Positions 36,079 through 45,985 are shown, counted from the stretch's first letter. The stretch is DNA of 48,983 bases from Candidatus Tayloriibacteriota bacterium (GCA_052034805.1 JBPOID010000005.1:1-48983); one strand, 5' to 3'. The notes: generated by a model not told the origin, from the letters alone. Made by a program: numbers and translations.

Positions 36079-37278
36079 CTATGACGCTGCAGTCTTCACG
36101 ACCACGAATGCAGCTGGCAGTGCAACGACCAAAGCCACACGTTTCTTGTAAACGAGTGCTCTCTGATCGGCAAGCGCAATTTCCTTTCCGCCAAATGTAC
36201 CTGATTCGTGTTGTGACACGGTCATCTCGCCCTTTTCACCGAAGGCCAGAGCCTTCAAGTTTCCAAAGACGATGTACTTTGTCGAAACGGCAGTCGCGCT
36301 GTTTGCAGGCAAGTGCTTTGAGGTAAAGACTGGGAAGCCACCGAGCTCTCCCATAGGCTTGATGCCTCCACCAGTTGGGTTGTTCGCAAGAACACCCGCA
36401 GAGACAGCTCCTGCCTGAGGCAAGATGAATGCTCCTGCTGTATCCTTTTGAGTGCGAATCTTTGCCCAGACTGTGCGGTTCATGTACCATGCAGCACCGT
36501 CAAGCACTGATTCCTCAACCTGTGCGATTGTGTCGGCCGTATCAATGACTGCATCAAATTCAGCAAAGGTGTCTTTACCGGATGCGAGTGTAAATACGGT
36601 AACGTCAGGATGATTCAAGACTCCGACGAACGGAGCACCTGTACCAACGAGACCTTGCTTGTCAGTCATGTTAGCGAGTGCCTCGCCACCAAGAGCAAGC
36701 AACCAATCCGCAAGCTGAACGTCAGCGTCGACCAAGAGATCGTTTCCGACCACGAAGGCGAGCTGCCATTTCTTGGCGATGAGGTTGGCTGCACCGAATG
36801 TGATTCCGGTAACAGAGCCAGCTGCATCAACGCCGAGGAATTCTCCTTCAAGGAATGCGCCGGTGTAACTTGGGATTGCCTTCTCATCAGTGCCCATAGG
36901 CCACTTCTGAGCTTGACTCATCACAAGACCGACGGAAGCTGCAATCCTCAAGATCGCAGACTCCACTTCCTTGGAAACAAGGTAACCTCCACGGTTATCT
37001 TGTTCAGAGATCAATGCTTCATTTGCCTTAACCTTGAGTCCAGCAGCAGCTCGGACAACGTCGACAAACTGAGACTTCTGCTCTCCTGAGAGACCAGTCA
37101 TATCCTTGCCGAAAATTGCACGCTCCATCTGCATCTTCTCCACGATTGCACGAGTTTCCTTGGCAACGAGAGGCGACACAGCTTCGCCGAGACGCTTCTC
37201 CATGACCTCCTCAACGGCGGTCTGAAGCTGGCTCTTGATCAATTCCAATTGTTTTTGATCCATACTATTTTGTGTCAC
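36079..37278 (-). CDS. major capsid protein, HK97 family
   Basis: ORF track. Size, its position after the prohead protease, an N-terminal delta-like helical region and the GGYLVSKEV segment all fit. Confidence 0.8.
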   Translation of the reverse strand: MTQNSMDQKQLELIKSQLQTAVEEVMEKRLGEAVSPLVAKETRAIVEKMQMERAIFGKDMTGLSGEQKSQFVDVVRAAAGLKVKANEALISEQDNRGGYLVSKEVESAILRIAASVGLVMSQAQKWPMGTDEKAIPSYTGAFLEGEFLGVDAAGSVTGITFGAANLIAKKWQLAFVVGNDLLVDADVQLADWLLALGGEALANMTDKQGLVGTGAPFVGVLNHPDVTVFTLASGKDTFAEFDAVIDTADTIAQVEESVLDGAAWYMNRTVWAKIRTQKDTAGAFILPQAGAVSAGVLANNPTGGGIKPMGELGGFPVFTSKHLPANSATAVSTKYIVFGNLKALAFGEKGEMTVSQHESGTFGGKEIALADQRALVYKKRVALVVALPAAFVVVKTAAS

Positions 37279-38377
37279 GAGCGGTGTTATCGTTGATTTT
37301 TCTCAACGCTTCGCTCGTGATGTTGTTGATCATCCGCAAGACCTGACGGTTTGCATTGAAGCTCTTTAAAGCCTCGATGACTTCCGACCCTGCGGCATTC
37401 GACCTTTTCTTCAGGGCATCTCCATCGAGATGTTCCTTCCCTTCGGCACCCTCGAGGAGTTCCTCTAAGGCGGCGATTGTGGCTTTCATGCCATTGATGG
37501 CTATTTTGATTTTTGTGCGACTCATCAGTTGTCGCACTCGTGCTGATTTTTCATTCTCATCAGAATCTTCCTCGGAATTTATGAGCTCGATAATCGCCTT
37601 CGAGTGCGCAATGATCGAGCTGTCGGTTTCGGACTGTATCGCCGCAAGTTCAGCACCAACTTTCTCAACAAGATCCTTATCGGCTTCCGCATCGGGATCT
37701 GCGGGAGCTTCAGCTTTTGCCTCCTCCTTGATCGTGCAGACCAACGCTCCCGAACTATCAGGAAGCATCGTGCCTTCCTTGCCGTCATCCGTTGTACACG
37801 GATCCCCTTCCTGGGTTTCAGCTTTTACAAAGAGTCCTTTTGTCATGAGTTCAGAAGCATTGAGGTTGAGTTCCTTTGCCAAGGAGAGAGCCATTGGGTT
37901 TGCAGGGACCGGAACGAATGAGAACTCAAGTAATTCTGCTTTTGTAATCACATTCCCTTCCATCTCCCGAGCAATGAATCCTACGGAGGTAGTCTTCACA
38001 ATCTTTGCATCATAAAGTCGGCGCACTTGCTGAGCGAAAGGGTTAGCTTCTTCTGGAGCGAATCGTCCTTTTGCAATCGTCTGACCTTTGTCATTGGTGA
38101 AAATCTCATCAGTTACTCCGATTGGAAGTTCGTAGTAGTTGTGGCCCCAGAGGACGACGGGGTTATTCTTATAGTTGGTGAAATCCCAACCATTTTGATC
38201 AATGACTTCTCCCTGTCGATCTTCGTCAGCTGTGGAAATGATGACCTCGAATGTTCCTGAGTCGGTTGCGGCTTTGGTCTTCTCGATCGCATCCTTGAAT
38301 TCCTTTGTGGCGAACGCCAACGAGACCTTCTCGAGGATTTCGTTATTTATTTTTTGAAATGTTGCTTCTTTTTTCAT
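37265..38377 (-). CDS. prohead serine protease (HK97/S78-like) with a C-terminal scaffold-like coiled coil
   Basis: The ORF track gives a start at 38446, which overlaps the portal. ATG 38375-38377 (MKKEATF...) is preferred. NPVVLWGHNYYELPIGV and SVGF blocks are present. Confidence 0.7.
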   Translation of the reverse strand: MKKEATFQKINNEILEKVSLAFATKEFKDAIEKTKAATDSGTFEVIISTADEDRQGEVIDQNGWDFTNYKNNPVVLWGHNYYELPIGVTDEIFTNDKGQTIAKGRFAPEEANPFAQQVRRLYDAKIVKTTSVGFIAREMEGNVITKAELLEFSFVPVPANPMALSLAKELNLNASELMTKGLFVKAETQEGDPCTTDDGKEGTMLPDSSGALVCTIKEEAKAEAPADPDAEADKDLVEKVGAELAAIQSETDSSIIAHSKAIIELINSEEDSDENEKSARVRQLMSRTKIKIAINGMKATIAALEELLEGAEGKEHLDGDALKKRSNAAGSEVIEALKSFNANRQVLRMINNITSEALRKINDNTARDTK

Positions 38378-38400
38378 GGTTTTATTTATTTTTTTATTAA

Positions 38401-40596
38401 TTACCCCTCGATACTTATCTCCTCCGGCCTCGTGTAGCACCTGCAACTCACATGGAGTGGCGGCGAGCCTACGTCGCTGTATGAGATATCTAGTTTTGAA
38501 CCATCAGCACCGGTATGGGTATCGCCTTTATCATAGAAATTGTCATCAATGCCGATGACTTTACCGTTCATGCTCTCGCACCAAGGGCAGACCATTTCAT
38601 CAGCAGCTGTGTACCACTTGATGGTCTTCACTACTCCCGCCTGCTTCCATGCTTCCTTGGTTGAGTCATTGGCAATTCGGAATGTCTCTGTTCGAGCAAC
38701 TTGAGCAGCACGGACCTCGTCACTAAAGGCATAAATATTTGAGATTTTATTCGTAAGTTCAGGAAGTGATGCACCTTCAGCCAAGCCTTCCTCGATTCCA
38801 TCTTTCAAAAGATTGAGTGTTGTGTCGTTATAGCTTTCTGCAAGAAGTTTCATTGCTCGTTCAAGAGCAAGGCGTACTTCAGCAGTGAGTCTGAATCCGC
38901 TTGAACCGAGAAGCTGCATCGCTTCAGCTCCTTCGGTTGTATAAAGGTCGGTAAGTATTGGATTCGAGAGATCGATCATTGCGCCTACCCATGCTTCACG
39001 ATTAAAAATATCCTCGGCTACAATTTTCCACCCCTTCTTATCAAAGAACCGGTTGAGGTTTGCAACGACTACAGTTTTCTGGTCATTATTAAATTTCTTG
39101 ATTCCTTCGATCATGAGGTTTTCATATCGAGTAACTCGAAGAACGAAGCCCTTGTAGAGAACCTCGTATTCCGAATGGGAGAGACTCATCAAATCAAATT
39201 GGGCTTTCGTCTTTATCTCATCAAACTTTTTCTTGCTTGCATCAATAGAGTCAGCTACTCTCTTTGCAATTTCCTCAGACATCACCTTTCGGGCTTTGGT
39301 ATTCTTTGCTCCTCTAGTTGAAGGTTTCTTGTCAGCTGTACTTGTTTTTCTACCAGAGCGATTCACAGACTTTGGTTTTGGCTTGCCGAGAGCAACCTTT
39401 GAAAAATCAGTCATGACATTTTCCCCGTTATCAATTCCATCAAGACCGAAGTATTCCTCTCGAGCTTCGTTAACACTCATGACTGGCTGGCCTGCAAGAG
39501 CCGCTTTCATTTCTTCAGTCTTTTGTAGCCTGTCCTCTGGGACCGGATCTACAAAATCGAGATATAGATTGTCTCCATATCGAGGCACAAGAAATTCATT
39601 GAGCTGTTGAACGATCATTTCCATCTTCGGTTTGATAGTTCGTGCAGCAAAGACGTAGTTTGATGTTTCCGCTGTAGCTCTATTGGTTTCTGATTCCGAT
39701 CCACCGAGAATAGTTTTTGGAACCCGGAAGCCTGCGAGTATTTTGTCTCGCATGACCTGTTGGAGATTGGCAAAGTCCATATCTTTTGGATTACTTGAAG
39801 CCTCGTCATACTTCACGCCTTTCGGAAGTACCGCTACTCGATATGCGTTCCCGGCACCCTTGTAAAGATTTTCAAATGAAGCACGAAGTACTTTCATTTG
39901 TGCATCAGTGATTGCATTTTCAGAACTCAAGAGCCCGCCGAGACGTGCACCATTTTTGAAGTAGTTGAGATTCACCTCAGTTGCAAAACTATCCGAGTCG
40001 ATCCAATCAAGTATTGCCTGGACCGTGCCAATACCTTGATATGGATCATTGGGATCAGGGTATTTGAGGTGAAGAATCTGTGCTGGTTTGTATGTGACAG
40101 TTTTTCCATCAATTGAGTAGCTATATCCTTTGATGAATTCTGGTAGGGGTGCAGGGACCGGATTCGTGTATCGAGGATTCAGAAGAAATATTGCTTTCGG
40201 CTTATCAGTATCTTTTTCGACACCATCAAGAAGCCAATATGAATTTCCTGCAAGCTCGAGATGTGAGCCTGTGAGGTATCGAAGTTCGTATCCAGTTTGA
40301 AAAGGATTTACTCCATCCAAGAGATCGAGAAGTTCGTGGTCAAATATTTCCTCGTGCACACCGTCTTTATTTACTTGAAACAACCGGAAGGATATTTTTG
40401 CGAGTTCCTCTGCAATCGCACGGATGGCAGCATACGCCCATGCGTTATATGTACCCATCGCTTTATCAATAGAAACTTTTCTTGAGCGACTCCATAGAGT
40501 GAACGGGTCATCATTTGAAAGGCCAGAAGCAAGTGGAAGATTTAATCCTTTGCGTGTGAGACCTATTAAATTTAATGTTTTATCGAAAATATTCAT
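38401..40596 (-). CDS. portal protein fused to a Mu F / SPP1 gp7-like minor head protein domain
   Basis: ORF track. The N-terminal ~420 aa are portal-like. The C-terminus ends with ...CPWCESMNGKVIG...PPLHVSCRCYTRPE, typical of Phage_Mu_F. Confidence 0.75.
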   Translation of the reverse strand: MNIFDKTLNLIGLTRKGLNLPLASGLSNDDPFTLWSRSRKVSIDKAMGTYNAWAYAAIRAIAEELAKISFRLFQVNKDGVHEEIFDHELLDLLDGVNPFQTGYELRYLTGSHLELAGNSYWLLDGVEKDTDKPKAIFLLNPRYTNPVPAPLPEFIKGYSYSIDGKTVTYKPAQILHLKYPDPNDPYQGIGTVQAILDWIDSDSFATEVNLNYFKNGARLGGLLSSENAITDAQMKVLRASFENLYKGAGNAYRVAVLPKGVKYDEASSNPKDMDFANLQQVMRDKILAGFRVPKTILGGSESETNRATAETSNYVFAARTIKPKMEMIVQQLNEFLVPRYGDNLYLDFVDPVPEDRLQKTEEMKAALAGQPVMSVNEAREEYFGLDGIDNGENVMTDFSKVALGKPKPKSVNRSGRKTSTADKKPSTRGAKNTKARKVMSEEIAKRVADSIDASKKKFDEIKTKAQFDLMSLSHSEYEVLYKGFVLRVTRYENLMIEGIKKFNNDQKTVVVANLNRFFDKKGWKIVAEDIFNREAWVGAMIDLSNPILTDLYTTEGAEAMQLLGSSGFRLTAEVRLALERAMKLLAESYNDTTLNLLKDGIEEGLAEGASLPELTNKISNIYAFSDEVRAAQVARTETFRIANDSTKEAWKQAGVVKTIKWYTAADEMVCPWCESMNGKVIGIDDNFYDKGDTHTGADGSKLDISYSDVGSPPLHVSCRCYTRPEEISIEG

Positions 40597-40607
40597 GTAA
40601 ATAAAAA

Positions 40608-40665
40608 AGAGGGCTTGCGGTGCAAACCTTCTTCGTGAGAAAAAGACTTACATCACAAGCCCTCT
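40608..40665 (-). terminator. terminator-shaped hairpin 11 nt upstream of the portal ATG
   Basis: 10-bp stem agagggcttg/caagccctct with a 38-nt loop. On the minus strand it is followed by uuuuuauuuac-AUG. Confidence 0.3.
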
Positions 40666-40790
40666 GGGGTATCCAGTCAGACTATACAAACTAAAAAATT
40701 GTGAAAGGTACTATAAAAGTATATCGGTCCCTCGACACAAACACCAGATAGGGTGTGGATAAATGATTTCAGTGAAAAATGTTGCTGTTC

Positions 40791-41006
40791 CTATATTGTG
40801 ACACGTTCAGGCTCATCAATACCCATGCTTTTACGAAGCAGTTCATTTCTCCTATCTCCCAGCTTCTGCTCAAGACGGATTATTTCTTCATCGGTTCCAT
40901 GAGCAAGTGTTTGGCTGATATATTCCATGTCAGGATTTTCACCATATGCATTACTAAGTTCGGCCACATGATTCATCACTTCTTTTTTTGTATCTTCTAT
41001 ATTCAT
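40791..41006 (-). CDS. small phage protein
   Basis: ORF track only. Confidence 0.45.
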   Translation of the reverse strand: MNIEDTKKEVMNHVAELSNAYGENPDMEYISQTLAHGTDEEIIRLEQKLGDRRNELLRKSMGIDEPERVTI

Positions 41007-41043
41007 AACAATATTGTACCAATATTTTATTTTTTTTGCATTC

Positions 41044-41226
41044 CTATAGTTCCTTTACCTCAAAATCATTCGGATCAGTCGGCTTCTTCTGGACCGTATA
41101 TTCTACCAACGTCACCTTCTTTTCATTTACCCTCAGCACAATCTGCCCGTGCGGAATTTTATCTGCAAGATCCATAATATCCTGCCATTCTTTTGTTATT
41201 TCTTTCAGTATTCGTGTAGGTATCAT
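41044..41226 (-). CDS. small protein, YezD/DUF2292-like
   Basis: ORF track. IPHGQIVLRVNEKKVTLVEYTVQKK resembles the YezD pattern. Confidence 0.4.
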   Translation of the reverse strand: MIPTRILKEITKEWQDIMDLADKIPHGQIVLRVNEKKVTLVEYTVQKKPTDPNDFEVKEL

Positions 41227-42686
41227 ATAAGTCCGATTACTTCAGGATTCTGCATTCCCTGCTGCACCAAGCCGAGAATAAGATACACGAGCGCATCGAC
41301 GAGGTCGTCGTGTTCTTCTACTCCGAATCCAAGAAGTTGAATAATAAGATCTTCACAACCATTTCTAGGGAACACTACGGTCCCATTTTGAATGTATACA
41401 GCTACTGCTCGAAGGCGAGCTCTTTTGTCAGATCCTGCGGTCATGGCAATCACGGGCAATAATGCCCTCTCCATTTCTTCTATTGCTGCCTTCTGATATG
41501 CAACGCTCTCAACGAAGAACATTGAGAACGGATTTGCTACTGCTTTTGCTTTTGTCGTCTCGATAGTCTCATGGAATGAGAGGCGAGCGTTGATAGGGTT
41601 TGGCCTAATATATATTTTTGGTATGCCATCCTTTACAAACGAGGTACCGGATACCATTGCAGTATAGTCGGCAGTTTCTTTTTTACTGATAGCAAGATCC
41701 ACGCCGGTCCCAGAGAGTCCAGTTTGCAGTTCAGGAGGCTCGGTATCGTAATACTGAATCCACTCCTCTTTAATATCAGCACCTTCTTCAGGAACGATCT
41801 TGAGGAGATACTCCCTTTGCCATGCGGTTGCTCCGACTTTATCTCGCTGATCATCGAGTGCTTGTTTGGTAGGATATTTTGCTGGCCATCTTGTTTTTTC
41901 ATCTTTTATAAGTGCGTACTCGAGATGCTTGAATGATTTATATCTACTCAGCCGTGCCATGAGTGCATCTGTGTGGAGTTGGTTTCCGATAACTACAAGC
42001 CTTCCTTGAGCTTCGTCTATCGCAGGAATAATTTCCCCTCTTAGCCATCTTTCAGTTTTATCCCTATTCTCTTTTGTGCGGACCCATTCCAAATCTTCAG
42101 GATCATCGATAATCACGAGACTCGGTCTATTTTGCCTATGACGAAGACCTCTAACCTTTTGTCCTCTTGACCGAGCAAGAATACGGACACCATTCGAGAG
42201 AAGCATATTTTTTGCCTGCCATTCTTCTTCGCTCTCAAGAGTGAAGTCTTCGCCAAACTTTCCCTTGATCTCTCCGTAGTCCTGCATGATGAGTGCGTTA
42301 TTCTCAAGCTCCTCTTTGATGTTTGCAATATTGATAGCCGACTGAAGTCCCGTATCGGCGATAGGTAGGATGAAGGGATACAAGTCGGGATGTTCAAGTG
42401 CAGCCCATAGTGGCAAAGCCAGGGATCCAAAGGTTGATTTTGCACTTCCGCGAAATCCCAAGATCTCGATCATTTTTTCTCTGTGATCTCCCAATGCAGT
42501 TAGAAGCTCATCATGGAAGTCGGCGGGGGCAATGGTTAAATAATGCGGAAGATAAATTAAACAAAAGCCTTTGAGCGTACGCGCCATCTTGCGGCGCATC
42601 TCATGGTCATCAAGAAAACTTTTATTTTGCCACCACGATTGCAGTGGTTGGGTTGGATCCATTGTTAGTGTTTTTTGTTTCTGCAT
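41223..42686 (-). CDS. terminase large subunit
   Basis: ORF track. Walker A GFRGSAKST and Walker B LVIIDDPED, with a C-terminal nuclease-like half. The true start may be an internal Met. Confidence 0.85.
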   Translation of the reverse strand: MQKQKTLTMDPTQPLQSWWQNKSFLDDHEMRRKMARTLKGFCLIYLPHYLTIAPADFHDELLTALGDHREKMIEILGFRGSAKSTFGSLALPLWAALEHPDLYPFILPIADTGLQSAINIANIKEELENNALIMQDYGEIKGKFGEDFTLESEEEWQAKNMLLSNGVRILARSRGQKVRGLRHRQNRPSLVIIDDPEDLEWVRTKENRDKTERWLRGEIIPAIDEAQGRLVVIGNQLHTDALMARLSRYKSFKHLEYALIKDEKTRWPAKYPTKQALDDQRDKVGATAWQREYLLKIVPEEGADIKEEWIQYYDTEPPELQTGLSGTGVDLAISKKETADYTAMVSGTSFVKDGIPKIYIRPNPINARLSFHETIETTKAKAVANPFSMFFVESVAYQKAAIEEMERALLPVIAMTAGSDKRARLRAVAVYIQNGTVVFPRNGCEDLIIQLLGFGVEEHDDLVDALVYLILGLVQQGMQNPEVIGLI

Positions 42687-43197
42687 CTTCTTTTGGAATA
42701 ATTCCCCAATTTACAAGGGCATCAAACATTCTCTGTTTCTGTTCAGGTTCGAGAGGTCTTGAGCGAGCCTCAAGCGCTATCTTTCCAATGTGTCGCTCGA
42801 AGATTCCCGCATCCATCTCCGCTCCAAGTATTGCAAGATCGAGTTTGATGATTGAATTGAGTGCTGCGATCTGGTCCTTGTAGCTTGGTGGAGGCATCCC
42901 TTCCTTTTTCAAATCGTCGGTGTAGAACGCGATGCGGACCAGCCTATCAACAACAATTCTTTGACGTTCTTTGAGTTGCGCTATGCGACCAGACATCTGC
43001 TGCCGATCCACCTGCCGTGCTAAGTCTCCGTTAATCTTCCAAATTATCCTTGAGAGGTAGTGAAGATTGGCGATTCGCATACCCTTTTTCTCCAGCGCGT
43101 CTTGAAGCGAACGCAGGGAAATAAGAGGGTCGATGACGATAGCGTCTCGCACCGCCCGCATTATTTTTTCTTCCGCCGGTTTGAGAATCTTTGGCAT
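42622..43197 (-). CDS. putative terminase small subunit (by position)
   Basis: The ORF track gives 43236. ATG 43195-43197 (MPKILKP...) avoids overlap with the upstream methyltransferase. Confidence 0.45.
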   Translation of the reverse strand: MPKILKPAEEKIMRAVRDAIVIDPLISLRSLQDALEKKGMRIANLHYLSRIIWKINGDLARQVDRQQMSGRIAQLKERQRIVVDRLVRIAFYTDDLKKEGMPPPSYKDQIAALNSIIKLDLAILGAEMDAGIFERHIGKIALEARSRPLEPEQKQRMFDALVNWGIIPKEDAETKNTNNGSNPTTAIVVAK

Positions 43198-43213
43198 GTG
43201 TATCTTTGTGTAT

Positions 43214-44341
43214 CTATTTTGATTTGACCCTTGCAAATACTAACTTTTCCACGATCGCCTGAACGACGTTTACGGTCACAGCATTCCCCAGACACTTGTA
43301 CCTCTGAGTATCACTTGCACCCTCTGTCCAGCTATCAGGAAAGCCCTGCAATCGTTCACATTCCATGGGTGTAAGGCGACGAATTTTCTGTAGCCCTTTG
43401 ACGGCATATAATCCCGTCTTCGCCCCTAGACCTCCTGCTTGGCTCGCTAAGGTTGTGGCTATGCCTTTTGCATCATATATTCTGCTTCCCTGTGGAAAGT
43501 TTCGACTGAGCTGTTTGCCATCATCAAGCCACTTCTTGTTCTTCTCGCTCATGACGGCTCCAATGTATTTCAGGTCTTTATGTGACGGTCTTTTACCAAC
43601 ATAAGTTCCGTTCGAGTCTGCGGTAACACGTGTCGTGATGGTCGGTAGGATAATATCCTCGCTTGCGTTTTGGGCGAGAGGAAATACTTCCGGTCTGGTC
43701 GTTCCTCTAAGATGTCCGACAATGAAGACTCGCTCTCTGTTCTGCGGTACTCCGAAATTCTTGCTGTTAAGCACCTGCCATTGGAGGTCATACCCAAGAC
43801 CATCCAGTGTGCGGAGGATAATGCCGAAAGTGCGCCCCTTTTCGTGAGAGAGAAGCCCCTTAACATTCTCAAGGAGTAGAAGCCGTGGTCTTTTGGTAGC
43901 GATAATGCGAGCAATCTCAAAGAACAGTGTCCCTCGAGTGTCTTCAAAGCCCTTTCTCTTGCCGGCAATAGAGAAAGATTGGCAAGGAAAACCTCCAATG
44001 AGTAAGTCGAAGTCGGGTAGATTTCTTGGTTTGATTTTTCTGATGTCTCCATAATTTGTGTGCTTGAAATATTTTTCATAAATTCTGATTGCGTGTTTGT
44101 CGATCTCGGAGTAACCCACGCAAGCAATCGATTCTTGTCGTAAGCCGTCGCAGTGATGGTGTTTGCAAGATTGTCCTCTCTCGGGACCAGCTTTTTCAGA
44201 CTTCTTGTATCTTTTACCACCCCGAGTCTTCGAAGTCTCTTTGCCTTCTCTGTTCTTCTTTCTGTTAACTGTTTCCACATGTGCGTTGTGTATGCCGAGT
44301 TCGAAGCCTCCGATCCCTGAGAAGAGACTGAAGTACCTCAT
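43214..44341 (-). CDS. dcm: phage DNA (cytosine-5) methyltransferase with a basic insertion after motif I
   Basis: ORF track. SLFSGIGG (I), GGFPCQSFS (IV), LENVKGL (VI), PQNRERVF (VIII), GNAVTV (X). About 45 extra Lys/Arg-rich residues lie between motif I and YSEIDKHA. Confidence 0.9.
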   Translation of the reverse strand: MRYFSLFSGIGGFELGIHNAHVETVNRKKNREGKETSKTRGGKRYKKSEKAGPERGQSCKHHHCDGLRQESIACVGYSEIDKHAIRIYEKYFKHTNYGDIRKIKPRNLPDFDLLIGGFPCQSFSIAGKRKGFEDTRGTLFFEIARIIATKRPRLLLLENVKGLLSHEKGRTFGIILRTLDGLGYDLQWQVLNSKNFGVPQNRERVFIVGHLRGTTRPEVFPLAQNASEDIILPTITTRVTADSNGTYVGKRPSHKDLKYIGAVMSEKNKKWLDDGKQLSRNFPQGSRIYDAKGIATTLASQAGGLGAKTGLYAVKGLQKIRRLTPMECERLQGFPDSWTEGASDTQRYKCLGNAVTVNVVQAIVEKLVFARVKSK

Positions 44342-45648
44342 TGCTTTATTTTATTAATCCTTTCCCATCGGTTGCGAATGACATCGCAGAACTTAGGATC
44401 AAGCTCGATCATATATGCCCGTCGGCCGACCTTTTCCGCCGCAGCCATGGTACTGCCGGACCCTCCGAAGGGATCGAGAACAATGTCATTTCTTTTTGTG
44501 GAATTGCGTAGAGCCCTCATCGCAAGCCAGTCAGGTTTTTCTGTCGGATGGAGATAATGAGCTACTGCCTTTCTTGGCATTTCCCAGACGTCGTATTCAT
44601 TGTCGCCGTAAAATTTATGAGTGCCTTCTTTCCAGCCGTAAATAATGCTTTGTGCCGTCTTTGGATCAGGCTTTTTTGCACGAGCTATCCATTCATGCTT
44701 GTAGCGATAATCATTCCATCCCATACTCGGCACGTTCTTCACCCAGATGATCACTCCGGAATGTTGGAAACCATTTTGAAACATGCTCTGGAGAAATTGT
44801 GGATACGAGCTCCAACCTGAGCAGATGTAGAAGGAAGATCCCTCTTTAGTGTTGAAGAACATCTCATGGAAGGCTCCGTCTATAAATGTCTTGAAATCGG
44901 CGTCGTTCATATTGTCGTTCTTGATTGATTCATTGCCTTCGTCTTTTAATTTCTCGCCACGACTTTTATAGTTGACGTTGTATGGAGGATCGGTGAAGAC
45001 CATATCAGCTTTTTCCTTTCCGAGAAGTTTTCTATACGTTTCTGGGTCGGTCGAATCTCCGCAAATTAACCTATGTGACCCGAGCTCATAAATTTCGCCA
45101 AGCTTTGAGCGTGGTTCCTTTTCAGATTCATCGCCTTCACCCTCATCTTCCTCCTCGTCCTCAAGAGTTTGATCGAGTATCCGACTGATCTCGTCGTCTC
45201 GAAATCCTGAAGCGGGAATTGATGGAGATTCTTTGAGGTCAACAATTATTTCAAAGAGCTTTTTCTCATCCCACTTTCCCTTTATTTTATTCAGTGCAAG
45301 ATTGAGAAGCTTTTCTTCCGCAAGATGCAAATCAACAAGATTTGCGGGAATATAGACCACTCCGTCCTTGTTTTCTATGCCCTTTATGGCCTCACCTTGG
45401 GCCACAAGCCCCTCTACGGCGGTAGTTCTTTGGTGACCTCCTACCAGGACCCATTTTCGGTCGCCACATTCGTCACAGGTGTGAGTGTTTACCACAACAG
45501 ACTCCACAAAACCGAAGGTCTTTATACTTGTCTTCAAAGCCGCCATTTCGGTCTCGGGCATAATACGGGGATTATATTCTGCACGCCTCAAGTCAGTTAT
45601 TTTAATTTTGGTCGCTTCCATAGGTTTCTGCGAATTTAATTCGCGCAT
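44338..45648 (-). CDS. ParB-like nuclease domain fused to an N6A/N4C DNA methyltransferase
   Basis: ORF track. The N-terminus ITDLRRAEYNPRIM is ParB-N-like. VFTDPPYNV (IV) precedes VLDPFGGSGST (I). Confidence 0.85.
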   Translation of the reverse strand: MRELNSQKPMEATKIKITDLRRAEYNPRIMPETEMAALKTSIKTFGFVESVVVNTHTCDECGDRKWVLVGGHQRTTAVEGLVAQGEAIKGIENKDGVVYIPANLVDLHLAEEKLLNLALNKIKGKWDEKKLFEIIVDLKESPSIPASGFRDDEISRILDQTLEDEEEDEGEGDESEKEPRSKLGEIYELGSHRLICGDSTDPETYRKLLGKEKADMVFTDPPYNVNYKSRGEKLKDEGNESIKNDNMNDADFKTFIDGAFHEMFFNTKEGSSFYICSGWSSYPQFLQSMFQNGFQHSGVIIWVKNVPSMGWNDYRYKHEWIARAKKPDPKTAQSIIYGWKEGTHKFYGDNEYDVWEMPRKAVAHYLHPTEKPDWLAMRALRNSTKRNDIVLDPFGGSGSTMAAAEKVGRRAYMIELDPKFCDVIRNRWERINKIKQ

Positions 45649-45979
45649 TGATCTGGTCGACCTTTTCTTTTTCCTTTCCCGTATTCACTTTGATTGCAGT
45701 GATCGTCTCATCGCAAGAAAGAGTAAATTCTTCAGCCGTCGCGATCTTTTTCTCGAGATCTTTTCTTTTAACCCGAGTAACCTTCGTAGTATCGGCAGGA
45801 TCGATCTTTTTGAATTCACCATTGAGCTCGTCGAGTTGCTTGAACCTGTCATCTCGGAGTTTTTCAATATCCGGAATCTTGGAGAGGTCAAAGGCGATGT
45901 TTATCTCCTTGCGCCATACCTGTTCTTGGAGTTCGAGAATAAATTTATCTTTGATTACTTTTGTTTGTGTTGGTGTCAT
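45602..45979 (-). CDS. hypothetical phage early protein
   Basis: ORF track only. Confidence 0.5.
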   Translation of the reverse strand: MTPTQTKVIKDKFILELQEQVWRKEINIAFDLSKIPDIEKLRDDRFKQLDELNGEFKKIDPADTTKVTRVKRKDLEKKIATAEEFTLSCDETITAIKVNTGKEKEKVDQINARIKFAETYGSDQN

Positions 45980-45985
45980 TATTTT

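Noticed and set aside
37356-38015. Long plus-strand ORFs antisense to well-supported minus-strand genes. Other examples are 4597-5064, 11749-12228, 13131-13571, 36610-37089 and 45485-46051.
   Set aside because: Each lies wholly inside a gene with clear family motifs on the other strand. They have low-complexity or Ser/Arg-rich translations and no SD or family resemblance.
43570-44280. 236-aa alternative-frame ORF on the same strand inside the phage C5 methyltransferase gene.
   Set aside because: The methyltransferase frame carries all canonical motifs. The alternative frame has no recognisable features or start context, so it is most likely a chance open frame.
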